DNA from: Octopus sinensis
Taxonomy: Eukaryota
DNA: 64,000 bases
Reading direction: 5' to 3'
Assembly (NCBI RefSeq): GCF_006345805.1
Contig: NC_042998.1
Span: 170,934,001 to 170,998,000 of the forward strand
Shown: piece after piece, positions 12,983 through 23,859 of the stretch
Layout of the letters: each line of letters opens with the position of its first letter
Position numbering within the stretch: position 1 is the stretch's first letter
Notes under the pieces: model-generated
What the model was told of the DNA's origin: nothing
The model's database searches: none
Seen by the model: only the letters and a program-made list of their open reading frames with translations
Translations under genes and position numbers: made by a program

Positions 12983-13753
12983 TTATCATCATCGTTTAAC
13001 GTCCGTTTTCCATGCTGGTATGGGTTGGACGGTTCGACTGGGATCTGGGAAGCCAGGAGGCTGCACCAGGCTCCAGTCTAATCTGGCAGTGTTTATACAG
13101 ATGGATGCCTTTCAAAATGCCAACCACTCCGAGAATGTAGTGGGTGCTTTTTACATGTCACTGGCACAGGGGCCAGAGGAGGCTGGCAACGAGCATGATC
13201 AGTTGGTGCTTTTTACGTGCCACCAGCACAGAAGCCAGTCAAGGCAGTGCTGGCATCGACCATGTTTGGATGGTACTTTATACGTGCTACCGGCATGGGG
13301 ATCACAACTACAATTTCCATTTGATTTTGATTTTGATGTACTTGACTCAATAGGTCTCCTCAAGTACAGCATATCGCCTTACGATCCCAGCTACTTTTGA
13401 GTGGGCTGGTTATGTGACACTGGTGTAGGTTATGCCTGTGAACTCGATTTATTTGTTGGGTCTTCTCAGTTACAGCATATCTCCAGAGGTCTGTCTTTTG
13501 TCATTACCTCTGTGAGGCCCAACGTTTGAAGGTCATGCTTCACCACCTCATCCCCCCATGTCTTTCTGGGTCTCCCTCTACCCTGGATTCCTTCAACTGT
13601 TTGGGAGTGGCACTTCTTCACACAGCTCTCCTCATCCATCCGTAGGACATGACCATATCAATGTACTACAGATGGATGAGGAGAGCTGTGTGAAGAAGTG
13701 CCACTCCCAAACAGTTGAAGGAGTCCAGGGTATAGGGAGACCCAGGAAGACAT
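12983..13753 (-). mobile_element. 5'-truncated RTE LINE (ORF2 C-terminus plus family B 3' UTR) with an 88-bp inverted duplication at its 5' end
   Basis: Peptide RMDEESCVKKCHSQTVEG..GRPRKT is a typical RTE C-terminus; it continues into family B sequence and the (CAT)n tail at about 12983. Confidence 0.8.
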
Positions 13754-14157
13754 TGTGCCAAGAATTGAGCTGAGACCTTTTGACTCCATCCTTCCATTCA
13801 CCTTTACACAATAGTTACGGCTTCCACCAAATTCAAATAGCAATGACAATCGATAAATTTCAATGTTGTTCATTGAGTAAAATAATATACTCACAAATGG
13901 ATTTTCCAGGTTATTGCTTTGGTATTGAGTAAAATAGTTCTATTCTTTCCAACTGATCTATTTGTGTATGGAAAAATTGTATCTTGTTCTGTTAAGAAAA
14001 ACAATGTGTTGCAGCTATGGCGATAATGCTGAAAAAATGTCATCAACATTTCATACACTTTCCAGTAATAAGAACTTTCTTTCTAATTGCTCTCATTTTG
14101 ACACTTAATTCAGATGGGTTTTATTATGCATGTATATGTTTTAGCATTAATTTATTT

Positions 14158-14990
14158 GGATCTTTACTCTTTGAACGGCAGATCGAGAAATTAAATTTTG
14201 TAACTAAACACTTTCAAACTTCGGACACTGATAGAATGTGTCATATAAAACATCTAATGTTGTTGAGAAAAGTTTCTATTTTCAAAGTTATTCCATGTTA
14301 AAGTTGTCGCATTTCGGTAATTTCAACCAATCAATGATGTGTATTCAGCTGAATAAAATTACTGCCATTGTTTGTCAGCAACAACTATCAGCGGTGTATA
14401 TTTTGTTTGTCACTGTTATTTATGACATCGTTCATGCGTTTGTACTGGTTTTAGCTTTAAGGTTTTAGAGTTAGGGTTAAGGTTTTAGGGTTACAGTTAG
14501 TGTTAGGGTTAGAGTTACGGAAAAAATGAAAAACGAAGAAACTGGAGGGGGAGGGGGGGGGGCAAAAAAGTCTTTCCGAAAATAGTCACTGAAAAACAGG
14601 AAAAAAACCTAAAAGCAGTAGAAATGCACGAACAATTATGGTGGTGTCGTGAAGTAAACGTGCTTCAGATACACTTGTTTATTCATACAAATGTAACTGA
14701 GATGAAATATGTCATAAATAACAGTGACAAACGAAATATACATCGCCGGAAGTTGTTGCTGACAAACAACGGCAGTAATTTTATTCAGCTGAATACATGT
14801 CATTGATTGGTTGAAATTACTGAAATAAGACAACTTTAACACAAAATAACTTTGAAAATAGAAAATTTTCTCAACAACACTAAGAGTAAAAGAAGTTTTA
14901 TATGACATTTTTCTACCAGTGTTCGAAGTTTGAAAGTGTTTAGTTACAAAAAATTAATTTCTCGATCTGCCATTCAAAGAGTAAAGATCC
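14158..14990. mobile_element. Non-autonomous fold-back DNA transposon with about 280-bp TIRs, probably Merlin-like
   Basis: Termini GGATCTTTACTCTTTGAA / TTCAAAGAGTAAAGATCC. Arms at about 14158-14435 and 14702-14990. ATTTATTT on both flanks (14150-14157, 14991-14998). Confidence 0.85.
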
Positions 14991-15664
14991 ATTTATTTGC
15001 TATCCTATTATATTTTCTTTTAATCATCATCATTCATTAACAGCTATAATGACAGCTAAAGCTGAGCAAAGAAAGAATGGCACCTCGGGTAAACGTCTTC
15101 TACTACAGCCTCAGGTCAACTGAAACTTTGTAGTTGAATTTGGTAGGCGGAAGTTCCCATCGAGTGTGTAAGTGCTTGTGTCTCCTAACAGAGAGGTGAG
15201 ATATTGCCATATCCAACTGATTCAGTGCTGGCTCTAAATTCCATATAAACTCTGTAGAGATAACTTAAAAGTGATTGAATTGCACTGCTAGCACAAAAAA
15301 TAGGACACAGTATCGATTTATTAACCTTTAATATATTTAGTAGTATATTATGGATGCAAAATGAAATACAGTGTCCCTGCCAGCAATCTATGTACCAGTT
15401 GCCAGGAATGTGCTTAATACATAAATTGGTCTATCCAATAGTATTACACTGATAAACCTAGTGGTTATTTAAGCAATGTGTTCATAGATGGTTAATGGGT
15501 TGTTTGTGGTACTGAAGAAAGAGCAATAACTCCTAAAATATGCACATATATATATGTTTTCTATCTCCAATTACATTGTTTACATAGACGTATTTGTATA
15601 CAAAATGTTGTAACTTTCAGTGCTGGCTCTAAATTCAATAGAAAATCTGTAGAGATAATTCCAG

Positions 15665-15722
<58 letters not shown>

Positions 15723-15816
15723 AATATGTAGATAGATAATAATCAAACTGGATACTGAGCATTTTGATTAATTTAATTAAAAAAAAGATTTCCTCTTTTT
15801 ATATATACATGTGTGA

Positions 15817-15850
<34 letters not shown>

Positions 15851-16587
15851 TTTCAGTCATGTGGACATTTTTGCCCTCATGAATCATTTTCTTTTTACAT
15901 TCAAGCTCGTAGTCTTTCAGTCTTATCAACAATTGGTCTACTGGGACGTCTCCTCTTTTGTTGTAGCATTTTCATCTGCCTTAATTGTATCTTGGGGGTT
16001 CAAGTTACAAAGGTTTCTCTCTAAGGGTTTCACCTTCATTTTAATTTCTCTTTGGCATTTCTGTGAAGAAATAAAATATATTTGTGGGACAAAATTTTAA
16101 CTTGAACTCTGTATTATAAATAAGGTTTCTCATAATCTAACTTTAAAAAAAAAAAAAGTGTGAGTAAATTTGAGCAACTTATTTTCACTTGGATGGAGGA
16201 GTAGTCATCTATTTTCAATTCATCATCTGCTAACTGTTAAAAGCTTGTTTGGAATGCAACAGTTCCATGAAAAGAAAACAAAGTAACATCAGAGGGTTCC
16301 AGTTCATAGTAGAATGTGTGTCAAAAGAGAAGCAGCAATATGCATGTGACAGTGGTTAGTACGTTAGGGTAAATGGTTCTTTTTACACTGCATTTTCACA
16401 GTCTTTACAGTAGAGACTCTGCCAAATGCAAGAATTAGTTGCTCACACAGCTAAGCTCCAGACATTCAGACTACCTACCTGTCAAGCTTTCTCTTTTCTG
16501 TTCAGATCTGGTTTCTTTTGATGCTTCAGACCGCATCTGACTGGACAGATCTGTAGTGATGTCATCCCTTGAATATTTGGAACATGA

Positions 16588-17386
16588 TTAACAGTCAGAA
16601 AAATTTGGGACATGTTTAACAGTCAGAAAAACTGAGGCCATCATCTTCCCTACAGGTAAAATGATCTTAGCCTTCTTTAGATAAGGTGAGGAGGAGTGTT
16701 TCCACTGCATAGATTGTCTCTTTGCATCTAGTTCAAAGTGACGAAGCCAACACTCATCCTGGCTTGGGAAGTGTTCAAGGAAACCAGCTGGATCTGCCTG
16801 AAACAATATCAGATTTTCTCATATGATCAGCCTGGTACACTTTTGATGAGGTGTCACTTGTGGTACCCATCAAGCAGAAATCTTCGTCAAGTCAAGCTCA
16901 TTGTGCAGAATATTCTCAATTCTTTCATGGGATATGTTAATAGCATTGGTTATTTGGTGCCATTCATCACCATGTGGTGAACATGATCAATGTTTTCCTT
17001 AGTGGTTGCAGAATGTCCAGACCTTAGGTCATCTTCAAGACTCTCCCTTTCCCTTCTATGTTCAGTTGCCTACTTTTTCACTGTTGATATAGCTGAAGTG
17101 TCATCTAATGTAGCAAGTATGTCAACATGAATATCACTAGGGGGTGGCTAAACCCTTTTCTGCAGGTACTTGATAGCACCACAAAGTCAAATTTTATCTA
17201 TTTTTAAGAGAAATCGTGACTAGTTACTTTTGAAGTCTTCTTTGAACAGTCTGATGTCAGTTTATCTGGAAAGAAACAATGCAGTTATTCAATAAGAAGG
17301 GTTGAAATTCATGCATACAAGATTTCACAGCTCTAGCATTACTCCTTCAAAGACCAGTTATGAACTTTTCAGCACACCTTCGTACA
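16588..17386 (-). mobile_element. Decayed mariner transposon (5' end and N-terminal to central transposase)
   Basis: Terminal GAACTTTTCAGCACACCTTCGTA. Peptides ESLEDDLRSG and DECWLRHFELDAKRQSMQWKH..KMMASVF (DE-W and MASVF mariner motifs). Confidence 0.75.
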
Positions 17387-17567
17387 TCATTTATCTTTCA
17401 TTTGTTTCAGTTACTGGACCACAGCTATGCTGGGACATTGCCTTGAAGGGTTTTAGTCAAACAAGTCAACTCCAGAACTTACATAATACAGTTCTATACT
17501 TAAGAGATGAGGAATTATGCACATTATTTACATTTGACGGATATTTGTCCTCATCTTGTTTGTTATT

Positions 17568-17613
17568 AACACAATGTTTCAGCTGATATACCCTCCAGCC
17601 TTCATCAGGTGTC
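17568..17613 (-). ncRNA. Minimal type I hammerhead-ribozyme-like motif (left arm)
   Basis: - strand GACAC-CTGATGA-A-GGCTG-GAGGGTATAT-CAGCT-GAAAC-ATT-GTGTT; stem I GACAC/GTGTT can pair. Confidence 0.55.
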
Positions 17614-17938
17614 TTGGGGGAAATTTTGAACCTGGGTTCTCATTCCTAAGGTATTTTTCGATGTTATTATTATTATTATATTATTATTATTATTATTATT
17701 ATTGTTCAGGTCACTGCTTGGAATCGAACTCGGAACCTTGGGGTTAGTAGCCCATGCTTTGAGCAACTACACCATATGCCGACGGGCATATGGCATAGTG
17801 GTTAAGAGCATGGGCTACTAACCCCAGATCCTGAGTTCGATTCCAGGCAGTGACCTGAGTAATAATAATAATAATAATAATAACAACAACATTGAAAAAT
17901 ACCAAGGGAATGAGAACCCAGGTTCAAAATTTCCCCAA

Positions 17939-17981
17939 GACACCTGATGAAGGCTGGAGGGTATATCAGCTGAAACGTGTT
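17939..17981 (+). ncRNA. Minimal type I hammerhead-ribozyme-like motif (right arm)
   Basis: GACAC-CTGATGA-A-GGCTG-GAGGGTATAT-CAGCT-GAAAC-GTGTT. Core CUGANGA and GAAA flank a 5-bp stem II; stem III/cleavage region is shortened in this copy. Confidence 0.55.
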
Positions 17982-18064
17982 AACAACAAACAAGATGAGG
18001 ACAAATATCCATCGAATGTAAATAATGTCCAGAACTTAGGTTTGTTTTTTAAAGTATTGTACTT

Positions 18065-18202
18065 ATTACTTTTGCAGAACTGCTAAGTTACGGTGACATA
18101 AACAAAGTAACACCGGTTGTCAAGCAGTGAGGTGGGTGACAAACTTGAACACAAAGACATGCGAACACATGCACTCATGCATGTACACACGCACGCACAC
18201 AC

Positions 18203-18261
<59 letters not shown>

Positions 18262-18390
18262 ACAGTTACCATCTACCAAATCCATTCACAAGGCCTTGGT
18301 CAGCTGTGGGCTATAATTCTATAATTGAAGACTGAATCGAAAACCATGTGGTTGCAAAGTGTGTTTCTTAATTGCTCAGCCATGCCTGCA
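18065..18390 (-). mobile_element. Family A tRNA SINE with internal (CA)n tract
   Basis: Reverse complement of the family A head and of the GTTTACGT..TAACTTAGCAGTTC tail seen at 19575-19895. Confidence 0.75.
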
Positions 18391-19574
18391 CCTGTAAACT
18401 TAATTAAATTGGACATAAGGTTAGTGGAAAGGAAATCAGATAAGGAGGAAATACCATATTGATATAGATATTGGTTAATGTTGGACAAATCCTTCTATTT
18501 CAATCTCCAAAGTCACTATGCTCTCAGAAGAAAAAAAATTCTTTGGATATAAACCCTCACATTTAAAATTTATAGTAGCACAGGTAAATTTTGATCCTGC
18601 ATGATTTTCACTAAAAAAAAAAAAACTCGGATTTTTTGTGAGGAATCAAGTACCCTAACCTCCTGGTATGCTGGCCTCGCCCCCATATCTTGGAATCATT
18701 GGAAATATTTAAAAATTTTTGTTGAATGAATTCCAGTGACCTCCTAATATGCTACAAAACCCTTTTATGGATCTGGAAAAACGGGGTTGGGTCAGGTGGA
18801 AGCCTTGGAAATTTCACCCCCCACTTCTATTGATCTTTTTTCATCTGCACGATTTTCACTAGGAAAAAAAAACCTTGGATTTTTTTCAAGGAATCAAGAA
18901 CCCTAATCTCATAATATGCTGCAAACCCCTTATTTTTGTTCGGAAAAAAGGTGGTGATGGTGGTAGTGGAGGGGAAACATGAAATCGTTGGAATTTTTTT
19001 TTTTACATTGACTGAATTCTGGTGACCTAATATGCTACAAAACCCTTTTTGGGGTCCGGAAAACAGGCTGGGGGTGGGGTACAACCCATGGAAATTTCAC
19101 CCCCATCCTCATTTTCAAAAATTTTTGGCTATTTCTTTCTTTACCCATAATTTTAGATAACATTTTGCAGAAATATGTTTTCGAGAGAGTGAGGATTACA
19201 TTAGATTGAAAATTCAAAGAAGTTTGAAATGAATAAATGAAAATGCAGAGGTTATAGAAGTTAGTGGTAACAAAGTGTGTGGAGAGATAACAAACGATAA
19301 ATTCATGTAAAAAAAAAAAAACGTTTGCATGTATGTGTGAAACGAAGTAAAAATATATTAACAAAATATCTTTTTCCTGCCTCTTAAAATCACTGGATAA
19401 TAATCCCGAATAGATTTTCCCTTTGCAATTTTTGGCACCGAAAGGAGTTCCATTTTTGTGTGTGGGAAGAGAGAGAGAGAGAGTGGGGAAGAGCGAGTGA
19501 GTGGGTGACGAAGTTTACATTGAATGGGTAACAATGTATAATGATTATATAATGATTATATATATATAATCATT

Positions 19575-19895
19575 ATACCACGCAGTCTGTGTGTTAAGTA
19601 GCTTGCTTACCAACCACATGTTTCCGGGTTCAGTCCCACTGCGTGGTACCTTGGGCAAGTGTTTTCTACTATAGCCTCGGGCTGACCAAAGCTTTGTGAG
19701 TGGATTTAGTAGACAGAAACTGAAAGAAGCCCGTTGTATATATGTATATGTTTGTGTGTCTGTGTTTGTCCCCCAACATCGCTTGACAACTGATGCTGGT
19801 GTGTTTACGTATCTGTAACTTAGCAGTTCGGGAAAAGAGACCGATAGGCTTACAAAGCCGCAATCAAATGACTGAAACAAGTAAAAGAGTAAATA
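19575..19895 (+). mobile_element. Family A tRNA SINE, near full length
   Basis: Head, central CCTTGGGCAAG domain and tail ..AAATGACTGAAACAAGTAAAAGAG. Confidence 0.9.
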
Positions 19896-19907
19896 TATAT
19901 CATTATT

Positions 19908-20846
19908 CTTAGGCCACCTTAGGTCATGGCTGACCATGGGTATCACGTCCATCCATTTATTGTCTAGGTTGGGCTGTTCGGCTTGAGCAGCGCCTCCTGT
20001 GGCTATGGAAACCAATGCGAGAATGACAGTCTCGGTCGCATAGTTCGCATCCGTGTGTGGATTCTGGTCTGTCGGCTGTCGATCCCATACGTTGGGCTCG
20101 CTTTTCTGCAGCAGCAGCTGACAGCATCTCTTCACCGAACCGTAGCTGTTTGAGAAGTGTGCTATTCCACCTGGTGCGGTCCACTGCCAGGTTCTCCCAG
20201 GAGTTGATGTCGATGTTGAGCGCCTTCATGTCCCTCCTGTACACGTCCTTGTACCTCAGCTGCGGGCAGCCTTTGCTCCTCTGTCCTGCTGCGAGTGCTC
20301 CGTAGAGAATGTCTTGGGATTCAGCCGACTTCCATTCGGCGAACATGGCCTAGCCAGTGTAGTCGACGTTGTCTCAGCAACGTGTACATGGAAGGGAGGC
20401 CAGCACGAGTCAGGACGTCGGTGTGGCCGAGTATGCATCGTAGGCTTCTGAGATGGAAGCTGTTCAGCTTTTCTTCCTGACAGGCATATGTGGTCCATGT
20501 CTTGCTGCCATACAACAGGGCGCTGAGGACACAGGCATTGTACACAGCCATCTTTGTTTTCATTGTCAACTTTGGGTTTGTCTACACTCTTGATGTGAGG
20601 CGCACAAGTGTAGTGGCTGCCTTCCAAATTCTCTTGTCAATCTCAGCATCAAGAGAGAGGTTGTCAGTGATGGTAGACCCAAGGTAGGTGAATTGATGAA
20701 CAACTTCAAGTTTGTAGTCATCGATGGTGACGGCTGGTTGTGCTGGTGTGCCTTGCACCAAGACGTTTGCCTTCTTCAGGCTGATGGTCAGCCCAAAGTC
20801 CTTGCAGGCCTGGGAGAAGCGGTCCATTAGCAACTGCAGCTCCTGT
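19908..20846 (-). mobile_element. 5'-truncated RTE (BovB-like) LINE, RT C-terminus to 3' end, frameshifted
   Basis: ELQLLMDRFSQACKDFGLTISLKK, FTYLGSTI, LLYGSKTW, RQRRLHWLGHVRRM, CELCDRDCHSRIGFHSHRRRC across ORFs 20582-20941, 20321-20569 and 19957-20346. Confidence 0.92.
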
Positions 20847-21445
20847 TTAACGCCTTCTTTCCATGCTGGTATGGGTTGGACGGTTTGACTGAGGACTGGC
20901 AAGCCAGGTGGCTGCAATGAGGCTCCAGTCTGTTCTGGCAAGGTTTCTACAGCTAGATGCCCTTCCTAATGCCAAACACTCCGAGAGTGTAGTGGGTGCT
21001 TTTCATGTGTGACTGGCACGGGGGCGAGTCAGATGGCACTAGCGCCGATCACGCTCGAACGGTACTTTTAACATGCCGCCAGCACTAGTGCGGCCGATGT
21101 CAGTGCCGGCGGCACGTAAAAAGTACCATTCGAGCGTGATCAATGCTAGTGCCATCTGACTGGCCTCCGTGCCAGTCACACTTGAAAAGCACCCACTACA
21201 CTCTCGGAGTGGTTGACGTTAGGAAGGGCATCCAGCTGTAGAAACCATGATGGACCGTGAAGTCTGGCGTAGCATGGTAAATTCCATTGTCTCGACCACG
21301 GTCGAACAATGATGATGATGATGATGATGATGTAGAAACCTTGCCAGAGTAGACTGGAGCCTCATTGCAGCCACCTGGTTTGCCAGTCCTCAGTCAAACC
21401 GTCCAACCCATGCCAGCACGGAAAGCAGATGTTAAACGATGATGT
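20847..21445. mobile_element. Head-to-head pair of family B repeats
   Basis: Left arm (-) ends ..GCCGCCAGCACT at 21086; right arm (+) starts AGTGCCGGCGGC at 21102; 15-nt spacer. Confidence 0.8.
21247..21330 (+). mobile_element. 84-bp RTE 3'-tail insertion with 10-bp TSD
   Basis: TGTAGAAACC at 21237-21246 and 21331-21340. Insert encodes MMDREVWRSMVNSIVSTTVEQ* followed by (GAT)n. Confidence 0.85.
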
Positions 21446-23859
21446 ATAACGATATATATATATGATACATTGTTACCCGTTCAATGTTTAGGTAAACTTC
21501 GTCACCCACTCACTCACTCTCTCTCTCCACACAAAAATGAAACTCATTTCGGTGCCAAAAATTGCAAAGGGAAAATAAGGGGCTTGCAGCATATTATGAG
21601 GTCAGGGTACTTGATTCCACGTGTTTTTTGGTTCTTTTTCTCAGTGAAAATCGTGCGGGTGAAAGAATCAAATAATACCGTAGGATAATATGTAATGATT
21701 AGAGTTTTCAAAATGAAATAGCATTAAAAGAAGCAATCATTTATCATAAATACATACAGACACACGCTCTTTCGCTTTCCATCGACTTCAAAACAAACAT
21801 CGCCATCGACAGGTCATGAAACTAAAATTAAATAAATAAAAATATTTCCCGGAAACTAACAAATGATTGCCAGAAACTTTACTTTCATTAATTTGCTTGA
21901 AACAGTTTTGAAGAAAACCTTGAAGAAAAATAAAACGATCTTGGGAAAATTTTAACGAAAGAATGAATGAGGGTTTTTCCCTTCTCTGCACTTTAATTGA
22001 GAGTACAAAGGTTGATTTCTATGTCTGCGCCCAATTGTTAGTATGAAAGGTTATAAGTTTTCTATGTAAAGAGATGCGATTGCACTGAAGATGTTTTGAT
22101 ATGAGTATTAATTCAGTTAACGAGATCAGAACTAGAGACTGTTTAAGCAATAGAAAAGAAAGGAGGTCACAGTTTGATGGCGAATCAAAGATTGTGAAGT
22201 GAATCAAAAGTAATGAAATCGCTTCAGCAATCAAATACTTTCGCTTATGTTGTTGGGTGAATTAGCAATGTTTACAACAAGATTGCTGTCGGGTAACAAG
22301 ATCAAATGAATTCAAGCGTTTTATATTTTTTTTTGTCAGTGTAAGTTATGCGTTTACTGAAAACCATCGCCGCGTAGTTTGTTGGAAAGAATGATACTGT
22401 ATCCTTAAATTGAATGTAAGATCAGGCTGACTTCATGTAACGTAAAATAAGCAAACTCACGAACGTTCTTGATAGAAGATTGTGCATATAAATACGCAAA
22501 TTATTACTGATTTACTGGTTATCAGAATAGTAGTGGCTTAAACATTAGTTATCTGGAAGAGAAAAATGCAGATATAATAACAGCCGCACATTGGTCAAGC
22601 TAGAAGAGAACCGCATTCTGTCTTGCTTGAAGGCTAGCTATGGTCTGTTGTGATATTTCGGTCGAGTGCCAGCCAGTGCCTGTTGTGAGTTAGGTGTCAA
22701 ACTATTTAATTAGGGTGGAAGGGCGCAAATTTCTAGAATATTCGAGAAGCCATATCACGTCTCAGCTTCACGCAGATTAGTCGAATTTTAGATCGATCAT
22801 GTGAAACTGTAGTGGTATACTCATGATCGCAAAGTGATAATTTCGCAGTCGGTGTGCAAATCTCTACAATATCAACCTGCAACACCGCCAACATAAAGTT
22901 AAGTTTTGGATGTCTTGATCAGTGGTTCATAATTGTGGCCAGTTTTGTCTTTAGTGAGTTGAACCTTTTTTGCTAAATTATCAATTTACTATCGTGAATG
23001 AGTTACAATTTGCTAGACATTACGCCACAAGCTACAACAAAGTGAAAGTCCTTGACATTCCTGCCCTTTTCTCTAATTAAACAGTTAGGCAGTTTAGCGC
23101 TAAAAATCAATCTAAGCTTGGATGGCATTCAAAAGAACACAATTCAGCTCTCGCCAAACATATAAAGGTCGAAGCTTCAACAAGATTTGATGGTTTCTTC
23201 AAGATAATAATGGCCGAGTAAACAGTTAAGTCGACCCCTATCCTGGCGAGGATTCGATAATTCATGCATGTATTTATGTTCAGCCTTCCGCAAATAGATG
23301 TTCGCGAGATTGTCTCTATTATAATTACATGCAACCAACTTAATCCACAATAATTTAATACGACTAGATCTATCCTAATCACATTGGTGACAAACAGTGC
23401 AACTCTAATTTACGATTCTCGCACTTGGAAATGTGAGCTTACATAGGGATGTTGGAATTGTAGAGGGATCGTGATTTTCTTAGAAATAAAATACTTAAAC
23501 TGGGTATAATCTTTATATTTTAAATACATGCTAGGATAAAACATTGTGTTATCAGAAACAGAACTGATGGTACGCCATGGTCCAAGTCAGGGACAGTAAA
23601 TAAGTATATAAGTTCTCGCCTACTAAGTAATCCCTACAATGAATGAATAGATAAATAAAAATTAATACAGAGGCACTTGCCCATTCAAAAAGAATAACAC
23701 ATTGTATAAGAACATAGAGATAATAAATTCCTACTCAAAATGAGTTTCTGTTTGATTAAGATAATCTATTGTCATCCAGCCAAAAAAAAAAAAAAAAAAA
23801 AAAATAGAGGCACATTTGTAAAACTAGTTTTTGTTGCGGTGAGGTGGCTTCTAGCCTCA

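Larger units (their letters stand above)
17482..18027. mobile_element. Head-to-head dimer of family H SINE within one 11-bp TSD
   Basis: Arms are reverse complements around CATATGCC-GACG-GGCATATG (17773-17792). TCCAGAACTTA at 17471-17481 and 18028-18038. Confidence 0.88.
18585..21675. mobile_element. Large inverted-repeat element with tandemly duplicated left arm and nested retroelements
   Basis: 19410-19550 is inverted at about 21465-21575, and 18830-18930 is inverted at about 21575-21670. 18585-18830 and 18830-19110 are diverged tandem copies. Confidence 0.7.

Noticed and set aside
13895-13988. - strand exon-like segment (QDTIFPYTNRSVGKNRTILLNTKAITWKIH) with good splice sites
   Set aside because: No recognisable homology and no convincing phase-consistent chain; unresolved rather than supported.
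14465-14518. TTAGGG-like repeats as a telomere or fusion scar (also about 29847-29868)
   Set aside because: Short, degenerate and internal to a transposon family.
15850-16070. Coding-looking - strand segment after a strong acceptor
   Set aside because: All three frames stop, and no protein family is recognisable.
17785-17855. tRNA-like sequence as a tRNA gene (likewise the heads at 11770-11845 and of family A)
   Set aside because: A/B boxes are present, but there is no closing acceptor stem and a SINE body follows.
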